A stretch of DNA of 24,000 nt from an uncultured Actinomycetota bacterium. Its GTDB lineage: Bacteria > Actinomycetota > Actinomycetes > Frankiales > Frankiaceae. The stretch lies in NCBI GenBank assembly GCA_963765845.1, contig CAVXYJ010000003.1, forward strand, positions 44,888 through 68,887, given 5' to 3'. The position numbers were made by a program, and so were the translations under genes. Shown here piece by piece: positions 8,806 to 16,193 of this stretch. Below the pieces are notes generated by a model, which saw nothing but the letters and a program-made list of their open reading frames with translations, was not told the origin of the DNA and did not search any database. Each line of letters starts with the position of its first letter. Position 1 is the first letter of the stretch.

Positions 8806-11109
8806 TCAGTCTCCCGCCACGGCTGTGACCGCGGTGGTGGCTGAGGTGAGAGCCGGCATGGCGACGGTGGTCGCCGACGCCTTGCCGGTGGGCGCCGGGA
8901 TACCGAGATGATCGTCGAGTTCGGCAAGCATTTCCGGGGTCATGGGCAGATCGATGCCGACAAGTTCCAGCGGAACATCGAGCGCAGACTTGCGTTCCGG
9001 CGCTTCTGCCTTGAAGGCCTTCGGCATGAGCATGCGCGCGATCGCCGGCCACAGCAGGAACAGCAGCAACGTGGCGACGACGAACCACCAGTTGCTGATG
9101 CTGTTGGTGTCGGCGAGGACGTAGACGACAATTTCGAGCCCGACGCCGAGCGCAATCATCGGCTTGACCTTCGCGAGCGGCTTGAAGCCGTTCATGATGT
9201 CGCTGACGAAACCGCTGGGATTCTTGCCGAGTCCGATGCCGACGATGGCGGGCAGAACAGTGGTGAACGTGGCCAGCCAAACGAACATGCCGTTCAAGCT
9301 GCCGTGGTCGGCACCGATCTTGCCGAAGCTGTTCTGGATGGACACATAGGCGACGCCGACGAGAAGGCCACCGGCGAAAGCTCCGCTGACGTAACCAATG
9401 CCGGCGATCACAACCGACATCACGATCCCCAGGCTGCTGAAGATGGTGAAGCTGTTGATGTCGACGGTGACCAGCGCGGCCGACAGCAGCGCGCCGCCGA
9501 GCCCGGCAATACCGGCTGACAGCATGAATACACCGAGCTTGAGCCGGATCGGGTTCTGACCCAGCGTGGCTGACGCCGCTGGGCTGTCCTTCATGGCGAT
9601 GAGCCGCTGGCCGAAGCCGCTACGCCGAAGCAACACGATGAGCACGCCGAGCACGGCGAACAGCACCGTCAGGAACATGAGGAACGTTCCCGGCTTACGG
9701 GCGTCGAGCGGGCCGATCTTCGGCGCCGGAACGTTCAGCGAGCCGTTCGTGAAGATGGTGAACTTCTGCCCGAACCAGCTGTGCTGGCTGCTGTCTTCCA
9801 AGAGCATGTGCGAGACGAACACGCCGAACGCCATGGTGGCCAGCGCGAGATACAGCCCGCGCAATCGCAGGGCCGGCAGGGCCGCCAGCCCGCCCGCGAG
9901 GGCACAGACCAGGAAGGCGGCGACCAGTCCCCAGACGGTCATATAGCTGTTGACGCTCGACCCGGCGACGCCGAGGTGGAAGGCGATGATGGCGCCGATG
10001 GCCCCAAAAGCCAACGGTGCCAGGTTCAATTCACCGGCGTACCCGGTAAGCGGAACGAGCGAGAGAGCAATGAGGGCAAAGCCCAGCCCGACGTTCATGT
10101 CGTTCAGGGCGGTCGCTGCCATGAGCCGGCGGAGCAGGAACATGCCGACGATGAGAATGACCGCCCACAGCAACGCTTGCCGGACTGAGGGCACGGCAAA
10201 CCGCTCGCGCGCGCGGACCAGGCTCGTCCCGCGCAGGCGATCCGATGGGAGTAGCAGCAGCGCGATGAACAGCAGGATCATCGACAGCGACTCACGGAAA
10301 TGCGATATCACCGGAGTATTGCCGAGGTAACCCACCACGTAGTTGTCGGCCAGCCCGATGATGATGGCGCCGGCAAACGTCCTGGGGACGCTGCGCAGGC
10401 GCCCGAAGACCGCTGCCGCGAACGCATCGATGACCAGCAGCGTCAGCTGGTTCGGGTCGAGGGAGCCCCCGAGGATCGGCGTGATGAGGATCCCGGCGAG
10501 CGCAGCCAGGAACGCACCGAGCGCCCACGAGAAGGTCGCCAGCCGCAGCGGCTTGCCGCCGTTGAGCCGCAGTAGGTCCGGATCATCGACGACGCCTCGC
10601 ATCGCTACGCCGATGTAGCTGTGCGTGAAGAGGAATCGCAATCCGAGCGCGATCACCAGGGCGCAGCCGAGCGCGATGAACTCGTGGTAGGTCACCCGGC
10701 TGCCGAAGATGGAGACCGAACTGTCGCTGCCGAAGAAATAGTCCAGCCGGCGCGGGGTCAGCGGGTTCCAGATCCAGTTGGCCAGTGGCACCGCGCCGAT
10801 CGTCAACGCGATCGTCACCGTGATCTTGGTGATCTCGGAGGTGTTGCGCAGCCCGCGCATGATGGCGATGTCGAGCACCGCGCCCAGCAGGGGGGCGAAG
10901 ACGAAGAGCACGACGAACAGTGCCAGGGGGGCTGACCAGTGCCAGCCCACCCGGAACTGCCAGTAGATGTACGCCGACAGCATCGCGATCGCTCCATGAG
11001 CGAAGTTGAAGATGCCGGAGGTGGTGTAGGTGAGCACCAAGCCAGAGGCGGCGATGCCGTAGACGCCTCCGAGGATGAGCCCAAGGAGGGTGTACTGCAG
11101 GAAGAGCAT
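8806..11109 (-). CDS. Fused LivH-LivM type branched-chain/hydrophobic amino-acid ABC permease (767 aa) with an extra C-terminal membrane-plus-tail extension.
   Basis: The N-terminal third is LivH-like (MLFLQYTLLGLILGGVYGIAASGLVLTYTTSGIFNFAHGA). The middle is LivM-like (LIALSLVPLTGYAGELNLAPLAFGAIGA...MKDSPAASATLGQNPIRLKL). The ATG is the complement of cat 11107-11109, with GAGG upstream. It is a single uninterrupted ORF. Confidence 0.9.
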   Translation of the reverse strand: MLFLQYTLLGLILGGVYGIAASGLVLTYTTSGIFNFAHGAIAMLSAYIYWQFRVGWHWSAPLALFVVLFVFAPLLGAVLDIAIMRGLRNTSEITKITVTIALTIGAVPLANWIWNPLTPRRLDYFFGSDSSVSIFGSRVTYHEFIALGCALVIALGLRFLFTHSYIGVAMRGVVDDPDLLRLNGGKPLRLATFSWALGAFLAALAGILITPILGGSLDPNQLTLLVIDAFAAAVFGRLRSVPRTFAGAIIIGLADNYVVGYLGNTPVISHFRESLSMILLFIALLLLPSDRLRGTSLVRARERFAVPSVRQALLWAVILIVGMFLLRRLMAATALNDMNVGLGFALIALSLVPLTGYAGELNLAPLAFGAIGAIIAFHLGVAGSSVNSYMTVWGLVAAFLVCALAGGLAALPALRLRGLYLALATMAFGVFVSHMLLEDSSQHSWFGQKFTIFTNGSLNVPAPKIGPLDARKPGTFLMFLTVLFAVLGVLIVLLRRSGFGQRLIAMKDSPAASATLGQNPIRLKLGVFMLSAGIAGLGGALLSAALVTVDINSFTIFSSLGIVMSVVIAGIGYVSGAFAGGLLVGVAYVSIQNSFGKIGADHGSLNGMFVWLATFTTVLPAIVGIGLGKNPSGFVSDIMNGFKPLAKVKPMIALGVGLEIVVYVLADTNSISNWWFVVATLLLFLLWPAIARMLMPKAFKAEAPERKSALDVPLELVGIDLPMTPEMLAELDDHLGIPAPTGKASATTVAMPALTSATTAVTAVAGD

Positions 11110-11131
11110 CAGACCGCCTCTGGCGCCGGTG

Positions 11132-12550
11132 TCAGGACTGCGGCTTGATCACGCTCGATGTGAGGAAGGTCGTCGCGATGCGATCGGAGTTCAGCTTTAC
11201 TCCCCACAGCGACTGCGGCACCGCCGCCACGTACTCGGGGTTGCAGTCGAACGTGCCCGGCTTCGTCGGGTATTCCCGCGAGAACGTGGTGCCGGTCAGC
11301 TTGATGAGCATGCCACAGGACGGAGGCTTGTTGTTGCCCGGGTCGGTGGGGGCGTGCATCCCTCCACCGGTCCACTTGTGCACCGCGGAGAGCTTGTTCA
11401 CCATGCACTGGCGGGTAAGCGTGGAGCCGCAGGCCTTCGCCTCCGTCGCCCACAGCAGGAACGAGGAGACGGCCTGCTCCCCGAGCTGGCTGTAGGCGCC
11501 ACCGTCAGCCTTGACGATGTCGATGTACTGCTTGACCGCCGGCACGACGTTGGCTTCCTCAAGCGGGATGAACGCCGAGCGGATGTGCGCGTTGTTGGCG
11601 TAGCCGTTGGTGTTGGCGGCCGAGAACTGGGTGCTGTAGAGGTTCGTCTCCATGAGGATGACCGGGTTGTAGTTCAGCTGGTGCATGGCGGTCAGGAAGT
11701 TGCTGATCACAGGCCCGGGGCTGACGTTCACCATCAACAGCTTGACGCCGCAATTCTTGAGCTTCTGCACGAACGGCTTGTAGTCCGACTCGCCCAGGTA
11801 GTTGATGGTCACGTCGCAATTCGCCGACACAAAGCCGGCCTTCTTCATGGCGTCCGCGTCCTTCACCAGCGAGGTGTGCGCTGCCTGCAGCGTCGAGTCC
11901 ATGAGGGCGAACTTCTTCACCGCGTCTGGATAGAGCTTCGCCATCTGGTAGTACGACGAGGCCGGCTGGAAGTCGACCGGGTTCGGCACGCCCTGGTACT
12001 GCATCGGCCCGTTGGCAAACGCAGCCAGTACCGAGTAGCCCTCAGTAGTGACCATGTTGCACTTCACCCGGGTGGCTTCGGCCGCACCGTCAGCGGCGAA
12101 GCCCTCGCCGACCATCATGAAGTCTTTGGTGCACGCCGTCGTCATAACGTTGTTAGCCAGCGTGATCTTCGCATCGTAGAAGTCACCGATGATCTTGCGG
12201 CCGTTGATACCGCCCTGATCGTTGCACCACTTGATGAACGCCTTGACCGAGTCGCCCATCTCCTTGTTCAGACCGGGTGACTGGGCGAAGCCGCGGTCAT
12301 CGCCGTAGCCGATCTCGATGGTCGAATTGGTGACTCCCCGGTCGGTCGCCCCTGTGGCGCTGCCGGTGCCGCAAGGCGATGCGAGCGTGCCGAAAGTCTT
12401 GCCCGCGGCCGATGATGAGCTGGAGGATCCAGCACTCGGCGCGGTCGACGACTGGGGGGTCGAGCCCCGTCCACTGCTCCCGCAAGCAGCGAGTGCCATC
12501 ACCGCCGCGGTAGCCAAACCGACCAAACCAACTGCACGGCCGTTTCGCAC
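11132..12550 (-). CDS. ABC transporter substrate-binding lipoprotein (type I periplasmic binding fold, Leu/Ile/Val-binding family-like).
   Basis: I place the start at the GTG (complement of cac 12548-12550), which is preceded by GGAGGGG. This gives VRNGRAVGLVGLATAAVMALAAC, a signal peptide with a lipobox Cys, followed by a Ser-rich linker. The body (IEIGYGDDRGF...INGRKI...NVMTTACTKDFMMVGEG) is typical of Liv-type binding proteins. It is the first gene of the operon, 22 nt upstream of the permease. Confidence 0.88.
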   Translation of the reverse strand: MRNGRAVGLVGLATAAVMALAACGSSGRGSTPQSSTAPSAGSSSSSSAAGKTFGTLASPCGTGSATGATDRGVTNSTIEIGYGDDRGFAQSPGLNKEMGDSVKAFIKWCNDQGGINGRKIIGDFYDAKITLANNVMTTACTKDFMMVGEGFAADGAAEATRVKCNMVTTEGYSVLAAFANGPMQYQGVPNPVDFQPASSYYQMAKLYPDAVKKFALMDSTLQAAHTSLVKDADAMKKAGFVSANCDVTINYLGESDYKPFVQKLKNCGVKLLMVNVSPGPVISNFLTAMHQLNYNPVILMETNLYSTQFSAANTNGYANNAHIRSAFIPLEEANVVPAVKQYIDIVKADGGAYSQLGEQAVSSFLLWATEAKACGSTLTRQCMVNKLSAVHKWTGGGMHAPTDPGNNKPPSCGMLIKLTGTTFSREYPTKPGTFDCNPEYVAAVPQSLWGVKLNSDRIATTFLTSSVIKPQS

Positions 12551-12643
12551 AGCCCCTCCAGGTGTGTCCCGAGTCACATGACGCGGCGAACAGTACCGCA
12601 CTCGCCTCACCGAAGGGGAGAACTCGTGAAACAACGTTCCCGA

Positions 12644-12656
12644 GTCGTTATACGAC
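12644..12656. promoter_or_regulatory. Palindrome GTCGT-TAT-ACGAC in the divergent heliorhodopsin / ABC-operon intergenic region. It is a candidate operator.
   Basis: Read directly from the sequence. It sits in the lowest-GC part of the 321-bp intergenic region. I can map no promoter from sequence alone. Confidence 0.2.
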
Positions 12657-12871
12657 CAAGTCGCTGGCACGCAAGGGCCGCGGATCAGGTCCTTTTCGTG
12701 GTGCAAGCGAACACGTTTGCGGGACGAGCAATAACATCGGTGTCACATCACGATGATCCGTTCGGCCCCCTGCTGGACAGCTTCCAACCCTGCTGCGGGT
12801 GGTCGTGTGATGCTGAAGCAGCGCCTCTCAGGGCCGGCGCGCGGCGTGCTGATGGCGCGGTTCGGAGGTGG

Positions 12872-13624
12872 ATGCTCGTGGCTGACTCCAGACTGGCCGG
12901 GCTGCGGCGGTGGAATCTCGGACTGGGCGTGCTGCACGCCGGACAAGCCGTCGCGATCCTCGTGCTCGCCAACGGGTTCGCGATCACCGTCACCGCGTCC
13001 TACCCGGCGGGCCCGCCCGGCACGACACCCTCCGCGCCGTCCGCGTTGTTCGATGTCGCGATCGGACCCGCGGTCGCGGTCTTCCTGTTACTGGCCGCGC
13101 TCGACCACCTGCTGACTGCGACCGCCGCCCGCTCGATCTACGAGGCGGATCTGCGCCGGGGCATCAACCGGTTCCGGTGGATCGAGTACTCGCTCAGCGC
13201 CTCGATCATGATCGTGCTGATCGGCTTCTACTTCGGCCTGACCGCCATCACCACCGTCGTGGCCATCATCGGAGCAAACGTGGCGATGATCCTGTTCGGC
13301 TGGCTGCAAGAACGCGCCAACCCACCGGACAGGACCGCGACGACGATGCTGCCGTTCTGGTTCGGCACCGTTGCCGGCGCCGCGCCTTGGATCGCCATCG
13401 TGATCAACCTCGTCGGCGCCGACCAGGTACCCGGCTTCGTCATCGGCATCTTCGTCTCGCTGCTGATCGCGTTCTTCACCTTCGCCGTGAACCAATGGCT
13501 GCAGTACCGCGAGATCGGTCCATGGCGCGAGTACGCCTTCGGCGAGAAGGCCTACCTCGTCCTCAGCCTGATCGCCAAGTCACTGCTGGCATGGCAGATC
13601 TTTGCCGGTTCCCTCGCCTCCTGA
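12872..13624 (+). CDS. Heliorhodopsin (7-TM retinal-binding photoreceptor protein with a predicted N-in topology).
   Basis: This is the 3' part of track ORF 12578..13624. The ATG at 12872 follows GGAGG (12864-12868); a GTG at 12878 is an alternative start. There are seven hydrophobic helices. Several blocks match the reference heliorhodopsin 48C12 as I remember it: LANGFAITVTASYPAGPPGTT, FRWIEYSLSASIMIVLI, NVAMILFGWLQE, LPFWFG and GEKAYLVLSLIAKSLLAWQIF. Key residues are the TM7 Lys K236 (aag 13577-13579), TM3 Glu E105 (gag 13184-13186), His22 (12935-12937) and His79 (13106-13108). Confidence 0.93.
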   Translation: MLVADSRLAGLRRWNLGLGVLHAGQAVAILVLANGFAITVTASYPAGPPGTTPSAPSALFDVAIGPAVAVFLLLAALDHLLTATAARSIYEADLRRGINRFRWIEYSLSASIMIVLIGFYFGLTAITTVVAIIGANVAMILFGWLQERANPPDRTATTMLPFWFGTVAGAAPWIAIVINLVGADQVPGFVIGIFVSLLIAFFTFAVNQWLQYREIGPWREYAFGEKAYLVLSLIAKSLLAWQIFAGSLAS

Positions 13625-13668
13625 CCAGGCCCCGCCACTGCCGGCGATGAGGTACGTGGGCGAACGAG

Positions 13669-13692
13669 TCCGGTGACAGACTCCGGTGACAG
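13669..13692. repeat. Perfect tandem direct repeat TCCGGTGACAG-ac-TCCGGTGACAG (11-nt unit, 13-nt period) between the heliorhodopsin stop and the GDPD-like gene.
   Basis: Read directly from the sequence: 13669-13679 and 13682-13692 are identical. It lies 45 nt after the heliorhodopsin stop and about 190 nt before the GDPD start. The confidence value is for the repeat existing. Any regulatory role is unproven. Confidence 0.6.
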
Positions 13693-13883
13693 CGGCCGTG
13701 AGCGCTCGTCCACGTCCGGAGGGCTGCCCGTCGAACCGCGGCAGGCGTAACGGATGTTGCCCTCTGCGCTACGGAGGCGATACGGCGCGAGGCGCTACTG
13801 TTTCGAACGCGCCATCCGCACTGATCACCTATGCGCGGGCCGGCGGTGCCGGTCCACCGAAGTCGAAGGCGAGGACGAGCGAC

Positions 13884-14954
13884 GTGAGGTCCTGGCCGGG
13901 GATGAACGGATCCGGCGTCCGCCGGCACACCGGAGCGGTAGCGATCGCCGGAGCGTTGGTGACGCTGCTGGCGAGTGCATGCGGTGCGAGCACGACGGGC
14001 CCGAGCGCGAGCAGCAGCCCTTCGCAGCCCGCCGCGTCCGCATCAGCGTCGGCGTCGGCGTCCGCAGCGCCGGCGGGCAAGGACCAGTGGTTCGGTCGTC
14101 ACGTCGTCGCCATCACGCACAACGGCGGTGAGTACGCGTTCCCGCAGGACACGTTGTTCGCCCTGCGCAGCGCGCAGGCGCTGCACATGCAGGTGCTCGA
14201 TGTGGACATCCAGATGAGCAAGGACAACGTGCCGGTGCTCATCCATTCCGAGACGCTGGCTTCGAGCACGAACGGCCACGGCAACGTCGCCGACTTCACC
14301 GCCAAGCAGCTTTCCGAGCTGGATGCGGCATACCAGTGGGTGCCGAACTGCGGAACCTGCGGTGGCAGGCCGGCATCGGACTACCCCTACCGCGGCGTCC
14401 GTACCGGCCAGCAGCCGCTACCGAAGGGCGCTACCAGCCGAGCGGAATTCGGTGTGCCGACGCTGGAAGAGGTCATGGCCGCATTTCCGCAGGCCTACCT
14501 CGACATCGAGCTGAAGCCGGAATCGGAATCGGCGACGGTCGTTGCGGCCCTCATACACAAGTTTCACCGAGAGGACCGCACGATCGTCGCGTCCTTTGAC
14601 GACAAGCAGATCGCCGCCTTCCAGAAGCTGGCTCCGACGGTGGCCACCTCGCCGGGGCAGACCGCGTCGACGAACTTCTTCCTCGGCAAACCGATGGTTC
14701 CCGGCTTCCAGGTACTCCAGGTGCCCTACCGATACGAGTTCGGCGGCAAGCTTGTGACCGTGGTGACGCCGAGCCTGGTCAGCAGGGCCCACGCCGCAGG
14801 CCTGGCGGTGTGGGTCTGGGATCAGGGAGAAACTCCGGGCAAGGCGCTGTACCGGACGCTGGTGGCGCTGGGCGTCGACGGGATCCTGGCCAGCAAGCCG
14901 TCGGATCTGCTGGCCGTGCTGCAAGCCGACCACAAGCAGTGGTCAGGCACGTAG
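13884..14954 (+). CDS. Secreted or lipoprotein glycerophosphodiester phosphodiesterase (GDPD)-family protein with divergent active-site motifs.
   Basis: Track ORF 13686..14954. I prefer the GTG at 13884 (GAGGA 8 nt upstream) or the ATG at 13902. This gives a signal peptide ...GAVAIAGALVTLLASAC followed by a Ser/Ala-rich linker. The GDPD-like core is AITHNGGEYAFPQDTLFALRSAQA...LDVDIQMSKDNVPVLIHSETL...GVPTLEEV...LDIELK...VWVWD. Confidence 0.8.
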   Translation: MRSWPGMNGSGVRRHTGAVAIAGALVTLLASACGASTTGPSASSSPSQPAASASASASASAAPAGKDQWFGRHVVAITHNGGEYAFPQDTLFALRSAQALHMQVLDVDIQMSKDNVPVLIHSETLASSTNGHGNVADFTAKQLSELDAAYQWVPNCGTCGGRPASDYPYRGVRTGQQPLPKGATSRAEFGVPTLEEVMAAFPQAYLDIELKPESESATVVAALIHKFHREDRTIVASFDDKQIAAFQKLAPTVATSPGQTASTNFFLGKPMVPGFQVLQVPYRYEFGGKLVTVVTPSLVSRAHAAGLAVWVWDQGETPGKALYRTLVALGVDGILASKPSDLLAVLQADHKQWSGT

Positions 14955-14979
14955 GCGAGCTAGCCGCGTGCCACGTCCC

Positions 14980-15639
14980 TCAGCTGGCGGCAGCGACGAT
15001 GGCGCCCACAGGTGAGTGGTGAAACGCCTTCATGAACGAGCTGACCGATGCGTGTGAGCCGGCAAGCTCGAGTGCTCCGGTTCGCTGCGCGTGGACCAAG
15101 GTGTTGCGGCCCAGGTAGGTGCGGTAGAGCGTCGATACATCAGTGCGCAGCGTGAGGTCGATGTCGAACCCGGGATCGGCCAGGCACAGCGAGGGTGAGT
15201 CCTCGACGACGATCCAGTAGCGCTTGGGGTGGTCATTGAACGGGACGTACACCGTGAACCGCGGACCGGGCAGCGCCGTCGCATCGAGTTGTCGGTGCAG
15301 CCACCACATCAGTAGGTCCGGGTCCAGCTCGTCCTGCTGGGGGTCGCCGAAAGTCCAGCGCGCGCCCCACGTCGCGAGGCCGAACACGACGGGCTGGAGG
15401 TCGCGCCCCGCCTCGGTCAGCTGGTAGGAGCCATCAGGTGCCAGCACGACGACACCTGCCGCCTTCAGCTGCCTGAGGCGGCGGCTCAGCAGCGCCCGCG
15501 ACAGGCCAGGGTTGCCGCGGACCAACTCGTTGAAGTGGTTCGCACCCGTGAGCAGGTCACGCACGATGTGGATCGTCCAGCGGTCTCCGAGCACCTCGGC
15601 CGACCGGGAGATCGGGCAGTACTGGCCGTAGAACCCCAT
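14980..15639 (-). CDS. HxlR-family winged-helix transcriptional regulator with a ~100-aa C-terminal extension.
   Basis: CPISRSAEVLGDRWTIHIVRDLLTGANHFNELVRGNPGLSRALLSRRLRQLKAAGVV is the HxlR signature. At 219 aa it is roughly twice the minimal HxlR size. It is divergent from the cupin gene. Confidence 0.88.
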   Translation of the reverse strand: MGFYGQYCPISRSAEVLGDRWTIHIVRDLLTGANHFNELVRGNPGLSRALLSRRLRQLKAAGVVVLAPDGSYQLTEAGRDLQPVVFGLATWGARWTFGDPQQDELDPDLLMWWLHRQLDATALPGPRFTVYVPFNDHPKRYWIVVEDSPSLCLADPGFDIDLTLRTDVSTLYRTYLGRNTLVHAQRTGALELAGSHASVSSFMKAFHHSPVGAIVAAAS

Positions 15640-15657
15640 ACCGGACCGTACTCCGGT
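15640..15657. promoter_or_regulatory. Palindrome ACCGGA-ccgtac-TCCGGT abutting the HxlR start codon in the HxlR/cupin divergent region. It is a candidate autoregulatory operator.
   Basis: Read directly from the sequence. HxlR-type regulators commonly bind inverted repeats in divergent promoters. A second weak inverted repeat, GTTC-N7-GAAC, lies at 15656-15670. Confidence 0.25.
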
Positions 15658-15756
15658 TCAGTAATGGAACTACCCCTCACTGGAGCTCGCGGTCTTGACT
15701 GAGGTCCTCACCCCGGGACGGTTCTCGCGAAGCGTTCCACCACGAGCGGAGGAACC

Positions 15757-16149
15757 ATGCGGATCACCAAGGACGACATCCCGACCCGCTTCGAGGTACC
15801 AGGAGCGACAGCCCGCCGGCAGACCGACTTCGGCAGCGCTGCCGGCTACGCCGCGCTCGGCGCGGAGTACTTCTCCCTCGGCGCAGGCACCGACATCGCC
15901 CCGCTCCTTCGGGGGCTGCACGACGACGCCTGCCAGTCGCCTCACTGGGGCTTCCTGATCTCCGGCGAGCTGGTCGTGGCCTACGTGGACGGCCGCACGG
16001 AAACTGTCCGCGGTCAGGACGTTTTCTACTGGCCGCCGGGACACAGCGTCCGCGTCGTCGATGACGCGGAGGTGGTGCTGTTCAGCCCGCAGGTCGAGCA
16101 CGGGGCCGTCCTGGATCACATGGTCACCCAGCTGTCCGCGTCGGCATGA
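15757..16149 (+). CDS. Cupin-domain protein.
   Basis: 130 aa. It has a beta-barrel cupin-like core (HWGFLISGELVVAYVDGRTETVRGQDVFYWPPGHSVRV). GGAGG lies upstream of the ATG at 15757. It is divergent from HxlR across 117 bp. Confidence 0.8.
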   Translation: MRITKDDIPTRFEVPGATARRQTDFGSAAGYAALGAEYFSLGAGTDIAPLLRGLHDDACQSPHWGFLISGELVVAYVDGRTETVRGQDVFYWPPGHSVRVVDDAEVVLFSPQVEHGAVLDHMVTQLSASA

Positions 16150-16193
16150 CCGCAGCCGCCAGCCGGAACACTCACGTCATCGAAGGAGTCACC

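Noticed and set aside
11075-12280. 401-aa + strand ORF opposite the substrate-binding protein gene.
   Set aside because: It is an antisense shadow. The minus strand encodes a well-formed lipoprotein binding protein in operon context.
12732-12737. TAACAT as the -10 hexamer of the heliorhodopsin promoter.
   Set aside because: It fits the TANNNT pattern, but there is no convincing -35 at 16-18 nt, and many such hexamers occur by chance in a low-GC spacer. I mention it only in the finding on the intergenic region.
12578-12871. N-terminal 98 codons of track ORF 12578..13624 as part of the heliorhodopsin.
   Set aside because: The segment has no similarity to heliorhodopsin N-termini, poor codon bias and low GC. 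A Shine-Dalgarno GGAGG sits just before the ATG at 12872. Starting there gives a 250-aa protein of the expected family length.
13669-13692. Interpreting the 11-nt tandem repeat as a bona fide PHO box.
   Set aside because: The period is 13 nt, not the 11-nt helical repeat of PhoP/PhoB sites. The match to the GTTCACC core is only partial. I keep it as an unexplained repeat, not as an assigned site.
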